Origin: Dicyema japonicum
Lineage: Eukaryota > Animalia > Dicyemida
DNA length: 64,000 bases
NCBI GenBank assembly: GCA_011109175.1
Contig: RDEW01000048.1
Span: 209,445-273,444, forward strand
Direction: 5' to 3'
Numbering within the stretch: the first letter of the stretch is position 1; the number at the start of each line of letters is the position of its first letter. The notes beneath the pieces are model-generated. The model was not told the DNA's origin. It saw nothing but the letters and a program-made list of their open reading frames with translations, and did no database searches. A program made the translations under genes and the position numbers. This document shows positions 40,275-52,603 of this stretch, piece after piece.

Positions 40275-40573
40275 GCCGGGTGGCTTAGTGGTTAGGTGTC
40301 GGGCTTAAGTGGCTTAGGCTACGGGTTCGAATCTCGCTGCTGTTCACCTGGTGGAAGGTTCCACGCATCTACGATGCAGAAAGGGTTTGACGAGTGACCG
40401 TCATCAGTGAATACTCACTGCGGAACTGGATTGTCTATAAAGGACACTCACACAAGAAAAAGAAGTGAAGATCATTCTTTGGTTCTACGATTAGTTAAAT
40501 TAACTGTTCTTAATGTGTGTGTCCTGCCTATGCGGAGCTATAAATACTATGGCTCTCGTGAAAAGGCTTTATT
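40275..40573 (+). mobile_element. tRNA-derived SINE family 1, full length
   Basis: A box tggcttagtgg, B box ggttcgaatc, 11-bp TSD attatgacaca (40264-40274, 40574-40584), RTE-like 3' tail. Confidence 0.92.
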
Positions 40574-41191
40574 ATTATGACACATATAACTGGACTACGG
40601 AAAACAACCACCAACTACCACATTTTCGGCAAGTATCAACATAATCAAAATGAATAATATATTCAGCCTTTACTAATTCACATTTTACTGCACCACTCAA
40701 ACTTAGCAATAGAAACAACTCTAACTAAAAATCATTGCTACTTTTCTACCCTATTCACCCAATAACAGAAGCAGTCTTCTCCAAGATTCACTCAGTAACA
40801 ACCAGTCCTCTGCACGATTCACCCTCCAACAGAAGCAATATTCTGCACGGTTTGAGTAACAGAAGTTAAAAAATACCTGTATTTCACATCAAAGTGAAAA
40901 TTGAGTAATATATTTTGCATAATTATCGATTACTCATATTTTACAGCTTAACTAAAATCAAGTAATATGAGCTTCCTAAGAGTAGATCATATTTTACTAC
41001 AAAATTCGAGCTGAGCAACCAAAACACGCATTTAAAATTTGAAAACTAAAAGTCACCAACTACTGGCTGCTCTCATAATTGAGAACGCCTTTTACCCTGA
41101 CTAAGTAATAAAAGCCGTATTAACATAAACATTGAGTTTAGTGGAAAATATAAAGAATAACTAAGCAAGGGAGAAACGTAGATAAAATAAT

Positions 41192-41652
41192 CTAAACTTT
41201 GGCTCGGCAAAAGGGACATTCTCTGGATTCCTAGGATATATAAACAGGCAAACCTTTAGCCACCTCTTTATACACTTCTGGTGAAAGGCGTGCTTGCATT
41301 TCAGTTGAATCAGAACAGAGTTCTTTCTATATTTACCCAAGCAAATTGAGCACTGATCTGGAAAATTTTTCGATGAACGAAGCCTCAGGAAATCCTCATA
41401 CTTTTGTTTCTTTAAATTCTTGATGATCTCATTGGAGTCGCGAAAGTTATTTGGTATATTTAAATATTGATAGTCCTGTAGCATATCAGAAAATATTGAT
41501 GAATTGTTCACTGGTTCAATGTTAATTGTGAGGGAATGAATACTACCAGCTTCTTCAAGAGAATCCGATATCAGTGAACAAATGTAGTCACGATGTTCCA
41601 GGAAGAAATTCATGTCTAGACGGCCAGAAAATATATAATTTATTATATCCAT
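41192..41652 (-). CDS. RING-H2 finger protein, paralog B
   Basis: CSICLGKY...LKCKHAFHQKCIKRWLK|ESRECPFCRAKV* after removing a 23-nt intron at the same position as in paralog A. Confidence 0.85.
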
Positions 41653-42089
41653 GATAGATCAGAATAACTAACACACAAGGTACAATTAATGATCAAAAAT
41701 TTATTTATTTATTTTAATTATAATTATCTTATTTTTTAAATAAATCGTCTTATTATATTTTGATATTTCATTTAAAATTTAGTTTCTTTGCGAATGTCAA
41801 TTATTATTTATCTCCCTCAATTTCTCTTGGAGTAAAGTTATATGGTTGAGTTATGCCTGGAATAACTTATGAATAAGGATATCATTTCGAATACTCTTTC
41901 CTTCCAAATTCTCAATAAAACATTTCTTTAATTTGTATTCATCCTTATGATTGACAATTTAAGACTCTGTTTCTGTAGAAGTGGATACTAATACACTTAA
42001 TTAGTTGGTTACTTTAACTTCTTTCTCGGTGTATAATAATAATAATCTTAGAAAGAAATTAAAGTTAGTGTTGACGTGAACGACAAATT

Positions 42090-42500
42090 GGTTATATGGC
42101 GCCAACGTTAGCTTGGTACCATGTGGCTGCTTGATTGAAGGTTTCTGTTTGTTTCTTGACCCTATTCTTTCCTTTTCTAATAGAGTGGCACCATGTGATC
42201 CATCTATTTCAGGTGGCGCCCAGTACCATAGTGGGACGCAAAAGGATCATTCGCTCTCCACTGGAGGAGTTCCCACAACTGCAAGACGTTTCCACCTTTT
42301 ATGCTGGAAGACTTGTGTGACATTGAAAAGATACAATTAACAATGACGTGACCAGCTAGTCAAGTGTTTAGTGAAGGGGTTCCCACTACTGCAAAAAATG
42401 GACGTCTTCTACCTTTTATGCTGGTTCTGGAAGGACCCTGTTATTGTGACAGTGGAAATTAGATGCACTTAATGATGACGTGACCTGCTAGTCAAGTGTT
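42090..42500 (+). mobile_element. SINE-like family 2 copy with internal tandem duplication; separate 3' end at 41960-42040
   Basis: tgtgatcca...caggtggcgcccagt...aaaaggatcatt; the actgcaa...gacgt...ccttttatgctgg block occurs twice. Confidence 0.7.
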
Positions 42501-43009
42501 CAGTAGGTTGGATGGTTGAGATGGCCATGTATCTCTATTGCACGAAATGTCTTCATCTCTCAAGATGTATGCGACCTCTTTTGGAAGAAAAAGCTTCTGA
42601 TAAATTGTTTTGGCTTGAGTCTAATCTGGCAAGGAATTTGTTGCTAGGACATGTCTCAGAAGAATTATTAGTCAAAATAACTTTCATTGTTGTGACGTGA
42701 TAATTGACGCAAATATCGATATTTTTTTTTCTAATCTGATATTTTTGCTGATTCACCTAAAATTGAAGAGCCACAGCATCTGACAAAAGAAACATGGGAG
42801 AGGTTGGTTGCATGGCGCTCGTCACTTGCCACTACCGAGTAAATTATTTGGTAGTTTCTTAGTAAGAAGAAATTGGATCTATTTGCTAAATATAGGCAGT
42901 TTTATCCACCATAAGATGACCCACGTGAAAACCAAGACAGAGTAACATGGACTATAGTTATCAAGCTCATTACATAAATTCTCTTATTCACCACAAATAT
43001 CACCGACAC

Positions 43010-43290
43010 ATTCACCCCCTGCAACTTACACCAGAGTGCTTATGGAGTCTATTCTGCAACTGAGAAGGCCGAGAGGTCTAGGCAAAGTACGCGGTCATAT
43101 CCGAGGATTTTTTGTTCCGCTCGCTGTTGAAACGTCTGGTTCCCTTGCACCTACGATGCTGGAATTCTTGAGTCGTCTAGAGAATCAGATTTCTGTACGA
43201 AAAAAAGATCCCTATGAGCGCTGCTGGTTATTTGACAGAATCTCATTCCCCAAGGAATAGCCACGCACTCAGGGCGGCCGCTGTATGACC
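43010..43290 (+). mobile_element. CRE-like retrotransposon 3' fragment
   Basis: FFVPLAVETSGSLAPTMLEFLSRLENQI...CWLFDRIS, then gctgtatgacc. Confidence 0.85.
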
Positions 43291-43709
43291 TCTGTTTATT
43301 TTATAGTTTACCGGGGCGTAGTATTCCGCCTTCCCCTGCATCGCATCATTTATCGCCATAAGCGAGATTTAACCCTACATAGACAAAAAAGTTAGGGACA
43401 GAAGTCCTTTCAAGCACATCAATATAGTGAATCTCTCTAAATAATGACATGCTAGAATAGGTAGAAGAGATGACAACTTTCGATTCCCTCCCGGCACAGA
43501 GCGCCTTCTAAGACAGGTAGCGCCACGCAATTTATCCGAACAAAGAAAGCGGCAAAACAAATGAAAAGAACCACCGACATAATATATAGCGAGGAGAATT
43601 GAATCCAGAGCCATTTTAAGGGGATCACATACTATCCGCTAAGCTACAGGGCCTATTCACCAAAACATTAACAAAAAATCTGATAATAATATGAAAAAAA
43701 TATGACCCA

Positions 43710-44398
43710 CTACTTCTGAAAATTAACGGAATATCCACCCTCGTTGTCACTCTTTTCAAAATTAAAGTTATTCGTGGACAATCCAAACGGCTTTAAAATG
43801 GCATTGCCAAGCTCCTTCAATTTACCTTTAAATATGATTAAAGACAAACCAATCGCCTCAGCTTTTAGATGTTCATTTTTTCTTCCATCTTCGATGAGAG
43901 TTCTGAACATTTAGCCACTGCTTCGTAGTTTTTAGGATCCAACTCGACTACGCGTTTGTAGTCTTTTAAGGCCTCTTCTATCTTGTCAGCCTTTTCGTTG
44001 ACTTTTCCACGCAAAATATAAGCTTTTATATATTTACCGTCCAATTCTAAAGCTTTAGTGCAGTTTTCCAAAATTTTTTGATCCTCGTCCTACAAGACAA
44101 TGAAAACATGACTTACCAAGTATTTATACGAAATGGCAATGTTGTAGCATAAGTTGGCCCGAATATCACTAAAGTAGCCAGGAGGACAAAAAGCGAGTGT
44201 TTTCGTATATTTTTGAATAGCTTCCTCATACTTTTTGCTCTGGAAGAGATCGTTTCCACATTTTTTTCCACTTAATAATTTATTTTTCAAATTCTAACAG
44301 AGAATAATGGTTTATTAAAAAACCTCTAGATCTTGGTCAGAAAAGTCTTTACTCTCTTCAACGTCATAAAATTTTAAGTTTTCTGAATCAGAAGCCAT
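43710..44398 (-). CDS. TTC1: Tetratricopeptide repeat protein 1-like
   Basis: [54 protein letters not shown]...GGYSVNF; introns of 30, 27 and 24 nt; one missing A in a run near 43880. Confidence 0.85.
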
Positions 44399-45209
44399 AT
44401 ATAATGAATATAGTCAAAATTGAATAAGTACCACCTGACAATTTGTCAAAAACAATTTTTTAAATTAATATTTTAAATTTAATGATAATGTTTTAAATAC
44501 TAGCATTTTTTATGTACGTATATAAACTGGATGATGTAAAAGATATCCTCTGTTTTTTGTAACTTCTTCAAGTTGACAGCAAACCACCTTTTTAAATGTC
44601 CTGAATTAGAACAATGTTCTTCTAAAATGCAATACTGTCCGATATATGGGAGCGACTGGCAATTGCTTCTCCTACATAATAGCCGCTAGTCTCTCCTACA
44701 AGCTAGTGAGGCCAGGATTACTTAACAATCATGGAGTGTGTAAGAGATTGATATGTAAAATTGTGTATTTTTCTTTACATGTGGTTAACAATAAAATTTC
44801 GTTTATTAAAGTTAAGTCAATGACTTATCTTAATACTATATTCTCAAGGTGGATTTAATACCTGATCAATGGTAAGGTAAAGTGATTAACTTGTGCTATA
44901 AAAGACTTTTGAACTCCTCAGTCCGCAACGCCTCCAAATATTTTTAAGTCCCCGTCGAAAAATATTTTTAAGTCTTAAATATAATGGTACGTGGTAGTGC
45001 ACGGAATTGGAAGCGTCTGAGTAGTCGTCCATAGCAAAGTTAGCTGCGGTTTTACGTTAATTTCGATGAATTCCCAAAGACTCTCCACCGAGTTTCAGTG
45101 ATCTCAAAAGAGGTTGACGAACACTTCATAATTAAAAACCACCTGTCGAGCAGTACAAAATAATGAACGAAAATTAGAAATATCAATGTTATTTTTTAAA
45201 AATAAATAA

Positions 45210-46362
45210 TTAGTTCCAAATTCTAATAGAAGAGTCCCACGAAAATGAAGCTAACAAATTTCCCGCAGGAGATACTCTCACTCCAGAGACCCTATTTGAA
45301 TGCCCAGCCAATACACCTAAAAAAGTAGATAAAACTCACTAACCCACTAGCTTCTGCTTAAGAATATCGAAACAGTAAATGTTTGAATCATTTGACGCAA
45401 GAAAACTCAGTCTTCCAGAAGATGAGAAACCAATGGAAGTAAAGCCCCCATTCCCAGCGGAATACACAGCAATGCATTTCCCCATTCTAGCATCAAAAAT
45501 ACAGGAGGTAAAATCATCGCACGCCGTCCCAAACACGATCCCATATGGGAAAAACTACAAAACAGCATAAACCGATACCTTAACATCGTTAATGTCTTCT
45601 TTATGACATTGAAAGTTAATTTGGGGTTTATTGTGTCGCAAATCCCAAAGCTTGAATATAGAAAGCCAGTACTTTAACAGTCGTATCAAGCGAGCAAGAA
45701 ATAAAACAGTTTAAATCGTCATTGAAGGAAAATGAGTTCACATCGTTCAAATGACCTTTAAAATGAATTGTCGGAACGCCTCTTTCTACGTCCCATAGAA
45801 TGCACGTGCTATCTCCAGAAGAAGAAATAATTTGGTCATCTCCTATAAAACTGGCCTTTGAAATATAGCCCTGATGGTAGCACATCTCAGACATGGCATC
45901 ATATTGATCACTGGACTTGTCATATCTAAATAATTATTAAATTTTAAATTGGAAAATCAAATTATTGTAGAATTACTTGTAAACTAAGATATTGTTATCC
46001 AATCCCCCAGACACTATAGTCGTCTTTGCTTGAAAAGTCGCAGCACATGCACCAACAGACTTGGCAGGGATTACATACATCTTCATGGCTTTGTAGCAGT
46101 CCCAAATGATCATGCATCCATCTTGGGAAATCGAAATCATTTTATTCCTTGAATTAGTCAAATGTTACGTCTCATGTTGTGAAAAATTAGCATTGTATAT
46201 CATCTTATTGTGACCTGTGAGGCAACGACGGGGGACAATCTTTAGATCAATGTCATCGACGTCAGCGCAGAAATCTGAAATTCCCTGCAAGGATTATATA
46301 ACAATGAAAACAGTGTGAAAATTTTGTGTTTGGTTCATATTTTGACCAAATATAAGAGTCAT
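45210..46362 (-). CDS. Heterotrimeric G-protein beta subunit-like WD40 protein, copy A
   Basis: [67 protein letters not shown]; local compensating frameshift near 46020-46070. Confidence 0.85.
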
Positions 46363-47229
46363 TTAAGGCGATTAATCTACTATTGTAATGAACCAACAAC
46401 ATTATAAAGTCCGCGAATTTATTTCTTTAAATTTAAAAAATGAATAATTTATTAAATAATAATTAAACTTTGAATATTTTAATTTAGAAGTTATAAAGGT
46501 TCAAATTTTATTTTGGTACTTTAACCTCCCAATCTATTTATCTTATAACCGGCGTTATGACACAAAAACCCTTTCGAGGACTCTGTAAGGAGGTCGGTTA
46601 CACATTCATTTCACGTGGGAAATCACCAGAACAACATATCTATCGAAATTATATTGGATCTATAAAAAACACCAGAAAATGTGAAGAATCTTCTGAGAAT
46701 CATTAGATCACTTGATTGCCCTAAGAGTTATTGAAATTTTCAAGTCTCCATCAACAGCATGAAATTTATTATTCAAAAAATTGACGGCAGGATTCTTTTG
46801 CTGCACGCAGAAATCAGTTTAAAACATGTCATACGCATGTCATTCATGAAAAAAATCGATGACTCGACAAGTACAATCTGTCTCAATCATTTAAAGTGAA
46901 GTTCCAAAGAGGCGCCTAATATAATTGTGGGAAAACACGAATAGAAAGTTTTTCTGAATTCATAAAAAAATTAAATATCTTAGGTCATATTTAAAAAGAT
47001 ATTTTTAACGAATTGATAGAAAATTACGAATAACTGAACAATTTCAAAATCAATAAAAGTAATCTAATTAATGATAAAACACAAGATATGGATCCCCTTG
47101 TTCTTGACACAACTGGAAGAATTCGCGACATTCTTTCGTATTGACTACTCCCAAAGGGAAATAACAAGGGGAGAAAAATTAAAATTAATTTTAGGAAAGT
47201 ACTCGGTTAAATATTTTTTGACAGAAGAA

Positions 47230-47460
47230 ACCATGAGAGTAAGTATTACCGCGAACAAGGGCAATGGAACCAACGCCACTCACAAGGATATTCCAGCCTT
47301 GACGAGATTGCTTTTCCAATCTCATTGAGAACACCTCTAGTGACAGGCTCGGTCACTCCCGAAGTCTCAAATGCAATTGAGACGAAACAAAAATTGTCCC
47401 CAAACGCATGGTTATATTTCTCCAGCTTTTAGTTTGTTTCTTACGTTTTCATCAAATTTA
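47230..47460 (-). mobile_element. CRE-like retrotransposon 3' fragment between the G-beta paralogs
   Basis: KYNHAFGDNFCFVSIAFETSGVTEPVTRGVLNEIGKAI...ALVRGNTYS. Confidence 0.75.
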
Positions 47461-48234
47461 GTCGAAACTCGTAGAAATCTTTGAACCCCAATGGTGATAT
47501 GCAGAAAATTTCTTTTCAAAATTATTAAATGGATCTTGCGTTTCTTTAACCACTTATCCATGTTTCTGAATCCTCGTTATAAATTCTCATTGTCAAATTC
47601 GTCGCTTTCAACATTCAATGTTTTCACATTTTTTCTGTAAGGTTATACCAATTGTTAGGAAATCAATTTTTTTATTTGATTCCAATAATTCGAAATAGAA
47701 ACAACATCAATGACAGAATTCAGTAATTCTATTTTTGATAGTTTGAAGCCAATGGATATCATCTCATTCGACTTAGTAGAGTCCTTTTAAATACAGTGCA
47801 GTCTCGTCGCAATTAAACTCAATTTGGCGAATTGTTGCATTCCAATCAAAAATATTAAAAAATCATTAGCGTGAGTAAAATCACATAAACTTTTTCTCAG
47901 CAAATTTTCAGTTCATATCGATTTTTAAACCTCCGTAGTCATCTATCTCCATCTCCCAATTTTTGAAGTCCTGTCCAGAACCGCTGAATGATGGTTCTTG
48001 TCGTACACAAATGGGAAGGATTCGAGAAGTTTGCGTGGCCACGTTAATCGATTCACCAAAGAGCTTCAATCGAGCTTAAGTGACATCAATGGAGATTGAC
48101 GAGCAACCACTTGGCTTGTTTAATAAAAATATAATTAAAAAATTGTAAATATATATTAAAATTATTATTAAACGATAAAGACAAAATAATGAACCAATAT
48201 TGTAAATATTAATCTTATTTCTGAAAATAAATAA

Positions 48235-49374
48235 TTAGTTCCAAATTCTAATAGAAGTGTCCCACGAAAATGAAGCTAGCAAATTTCCCGATGGTGATAC
48301 CCTTACTCCAGAGACCTTATTAGAATGTCCAGTCAATACTCCTACAAAATAAACGAGCCTCACTAACCCAATAGCTTTTGCTTGAGAATATCGAAACAAT
48401 AAATGTTCGAATCACTTGACGCAAGAAAACTCAGTCTTCCAGAAGATGAGAAACAAATGGAAGTTAAACCGCCATTCCCGGCAGAATACGTAGCAATGCA
48501 TTTCCCCATTCTAACATCAAAAATACAGGAGGTCAAATCATCGCACGCCGTACCAAAAAAATCCCCACCAGGGAAGAACTGCAAAACAGTAAAAATCGAT
48601 ACTGCAACATCATTAATGTCTTCTTTATGACACCGGATGCTCATTTGGGGCCTACTATCTCGTAAATCCCAGAGCTAGAAATAAAAAAGCCAGTACTTTG
48701 ACGAACGTATCAAGGGAGCAAGAAATAAAGCAATTTAGATCTTTATTAAGGCTGAACGAGTTCACATCTTTTGAATGACCCTTTAAATGAAGAGATGGAC
48801 ATTCTCTTTCAACGTCCCATACTATGCACGTGCTATCTCCGGAAGAAGAAATAATTTGGTCATCTTTTATAAAACTGGCCTTTGAAATATAGCCCTGATG
48901 GTGGCACATCTCAGACACGGCGTCATATTGGTCACTGTATTTGTCATATCTAAATAATTATTAAATTTTAAATTCGAAAATTAAATTATGATAAAATTAC
49001 TTATGAACTAAGATAATGTTATCCAATCCCCCAGACACTATCATGTCGTCTTTATTTGAAAAGTCGCAGCACATGCACCAACAGGACTTGGCGGGGATTG
49101 CATACATCTTCATGGCTTTGTAGCAGTCCCAAATGATCATGCATCCATCTTGGGAAATCGAAATCATTTTATTCCTTGTATTAGTCAATTGTTACGCCTC
49201 ATGTTGTGAAAAATTAGCATGGTATATCCTCAAGTTGTGCCCTGTGAGGCAACGGCGGTTGACGATGTTTAATTCAATGTCATCGACATCCGCGCAGAAA
49301 TCTGAAATTCCCTACAATTATCATATAACTCTGACCAAATTTTGAGTTTGAGCTGGACCAAGTCTAAGAGTCAT
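48235..49374 (-). CDS. Heterotrimeric G-protein beta subunit-like WD40 protein, copy B (intact)
   Basis: Same intron positions as copy A (five of 21-26 nt plus one of about 50 nt); continuous frame MTLRLGPAQTQNL|GISDFCAD...SWDTSIRIWN*. Confidence 0.9.
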
Positions 49375-49584
49375 TTTAGCCGATTAATCTATTGTCTTAA
49401 TTAAGTTGGTACATTTATAAGTGCGGCGAATTAATTTATGTAAATTTAAAAATTACATAATTTATTAAATAATAATAATTAAACTTATATTTTAATTTTA
49501 AATTTATAAAATTTTGGCACATCTCAGACATCAATTTATAAAATTTAAAATTAATTTTTTATTTTGTTAAAATGCTTGTTGGGA

Positions 49585-49810
49585 TTAGAGAATGACGCCG
49601 TCATCAGTGATTCATCACTGCTCAACTGGATTGTCTTAGAGACTCACACGTAAGTAAAAAAGAACAGAACATGAAGTTAGGAACATCTACGCCTTGCCCT
49701 TGAATTAATCAGCGTAACTGTTCTTTACTTATTAAATAAAGTGCTAGTTCTGTCTGAATTGAGATGGGTATGGAAGCATTACTATTCGTTGGCGGAAGAG
49801 CTGAATTAAT
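49585..49810 (+). mobile_element. SINE family 1 copy with alternative 3' tail
   Basis: Body tgacgccgtcatcagtga...aactggattgtct; tail resembles 58920-58990 rather than the RTE tail. Confidence 0.75.
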
Positions 49811-50879
49811 TAATTTAAATTTAACTTGTGTTTCCTATATATTCTCCTTATATTGTTTTAAAATTGTTGGACGTGGAGAATGAGTAAGAAACAATTTGAG
49901 TAGATGGAAACATATCATAGAAAAAGCATATTATGCTGTAAATGATTTTTCTAACAGAGATCAGCAACATGATCCATTTTCGATGTGCAAATTCCAGTTC
50001 CTGGAGGATCAATAAAAATGAGGTGAGGAATGTTTAGCCAGAATGGATTCGATTGTACTTACCAATGGTGTAATGGAAGCACACTTCTAGTGCACTTGAA
50101 GATATCGATTAGAACCATGATACCACTGCAGTTTACGAGAACCTAAGGAATTCAAAAATAAAACTAGGTGAAGTAAAGGACCTAGATACTCTCCATAAAA
50201 TCACATTCTTAAGGGGAGTGTGAAGAGGGCCTACTTAATCACCTTTCAGAAGCGGAAGCCTGTAATTGATTATTGGACGATGAATTTGGTCGGCACAAGA
50301 AGGCGTTGTCCCCTGGGTTATAGAAAAAATATGTCTTCAGTAGTGTTATGTTTACGATTTCAAAGTGCGTTGAAAAAGGACTTTGTCTACTTAATTATAG
50401 AGTTTCCCGACCAATAGCGTCACTAAATTTTTTAAGGGTAGGAAACAACCTTTTTTAAATTTTTCTAATTTTTAGTCCCTCTAGAAAATATTGTTTCTCT
50501 ATGTGTTAAATACATTCTCAATTCGACTGAGAAATTGTACGGGGAAATGGAGATTGAGATTTGCTATTTCAAAAATTCTTTTTTGTCCGTATGATGAATA
50601 CAGATCGGGTCTTCAATTCCCTCTACATTAGTGATTGATGCAATTTCTTGTTCTGATGGCCCTTACAGGAATGTAGGATTCTGAAATAGCTCTTCCACGT
50701 CTTGGCCTTTAGGATACTAAAAATCAGACCTCATCGTGAGTTTTAAGATGTTCTTTATCTAAAAAATATTTACCATTGTCCAATGTTAGTGATTAGAAAG
50801 TTCCGTTAATGGTCTGAAACCTATATAGACGAGTAAGAAGCTAATAATTTGAGGACCTGCGAAAGAAGGGACATTAACT

Positions 50880-51520
50880 AAACATAGTGTGCTTGGACCT
50901 ATCCAAAGCCTTCGATAGTGTGTGTCACGAAGACCTCCAATCAAAGCTCGTATATGCAGACAATCCAAAATACCTATTTGTGTGGCTAAGAAATTTTTCT
51001 GACCTGACGGACTTTTCAAGTGCACATAGGAGGACACGTTTCCCGAGTTTTACTAAAGAGAGGCGTTCCGCAGGGCTATGTCCAAGCCCCCTGTTATTCA
51101 ACATATTCTTGTCTGACTTCCCAATACCGTCGGACCCGAATTCAAAATTGTTAATATACGCGGATGACATTCTGTTAATGGACATCTCTTGAAAATCAAG
51201 CTTTTCGGAAAGCAGGCTCAAGAAGTTTATCTATCAAGTACAAGACAGGTGCAACCAAAGAGGGATGAAGCTTTTGCCGGAAAAGTCAAATTCTATAAGA
51301 ATCAGCCGTATAAGAAGCCATCATGTACAGCCTTACACGCTTGGTATACAGAGAGTACGTTTGCTCCGCTACCTGAGTGTAAAAGTCGACATAGAAGGCT
51401 CATTTTTGGAGGACGTCAAGCTGAGGAGGAAAAAAGCTTACGTAAGCTGGCCATCAGTACTGAGACCTTCTTCATATTCATGAAGATATTCCTACCAAAG
51501 TTATTGTATGGATGTGAGGC
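50880..51520 (+). mobile_element. LINE (Jockey/I/CR1-like) RT remnant
   Basis: CLDLSKAFDSVCH, SPLLFNIFLSD, LLIYADDIL. Confidence 0.8.
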
Positions 51521-52603
51521 GTAGTACCTATCCAGAAAAAAGAAAAGCGTTATTCCTAATTCAGTTTTTCAAAGTTGTTATGTAAAGAAGGGACATCAAA
51601 AAATCCCAAATACGCAGAGTCTGATACACTCTATTGATAGTTATTATGCGGGGCGATAAATTATTACTAGAGCCGAATTTTTCCAATTACAAAATTATAA
51701 ACGATGTCCGCTTTTCTCCCTGGAATATCGGAAGACGTTATTTTAGACGTTACCACCATTGTGGAAGACGTTATTTTTCTTGGTTCCCCTTTATCTCACA
51801 CGAAAATATCAACTTTTCTACAAACAAAAAATAACTCCCCACTGTTTTTTTCACATAATCTTGCTCTCCTTGACATACATCTATTTTTTAATGGAACTTA
51901 AACTTTAATCGGTACCTTCTTTTCCGTTATGGACAAACGTGTTCGCTTGAAACACTTGGATAACCACTCAACGCAAATAGGAAAATGTCTCCGACTCGGG
52001 GTCAATGTTTGCATGACTCTTTTCTTCTGAAAGGGGTTGGAAATACATGTTTTGAGACGCGACTTTTGTCGATGGCTCCTTCCCTCTTAACCATGTACTG
52101 ACGGCAACTCACCCATGATCAGCTTCGGAAAGGGATAAGACTCTCAAAAAATACTAAAGTCTCAATTGACATTTCATTTTTAAACCGGACGTTATAGAAA
52201 TCTACCAAGTCATCGGAAACGAATCACTAATTTTGCTGAATTGTGTCGCTTTTGGTGAGGAAAAAAAGGAATCGACAAGTTCTCCAATTAACCATTAGGG
52301 TAATTTCTAAATGCGGAGTAGCGACTATTATTATTTCTACTCTGAAAAATAAATAGCATAGGAGTGCTTATTACTTACATGCTTTTGGTATCTCATGTGT
52401 ACGAAGCTCTTACAAAACTAAGACCATAATAGCTTTACCTGTTCGATGTTAGAAACAATCAAACTAACTAAGCGGTTCCACCTTCCACATCGATTCAAAG
52501 CTATTTAGATTTAAAATCCTGACCGCTAAATATTTTTTTAAATATTTAAAATAAAAATTAATATTTAAAATTAAAAAATAGTTTATTTATTTCTGTTTGG
52601 TGG

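Noticed and set aside
40275-40350. tRNA gene
   Set aside because: A and B boxes are present but no full cloverleaf could be drawn; it continues into the SINE body and has a TSD
43865-43910. Programmed frameshifting in TTC1 (also CPT2 near 52692 and 54575, bystin near 15385, SART1)
   Set aside because: Where the defect could be pinned down, it is a one-base loss in a homopolymer run with no common slippery or stop context; sequencing error is the simpler explanation
51850-52500. Minus-strand multi-exon gene divergent from CPT2
   Set aside because: Intron-like GT-AG segments are present but I could not build a stop-free frame
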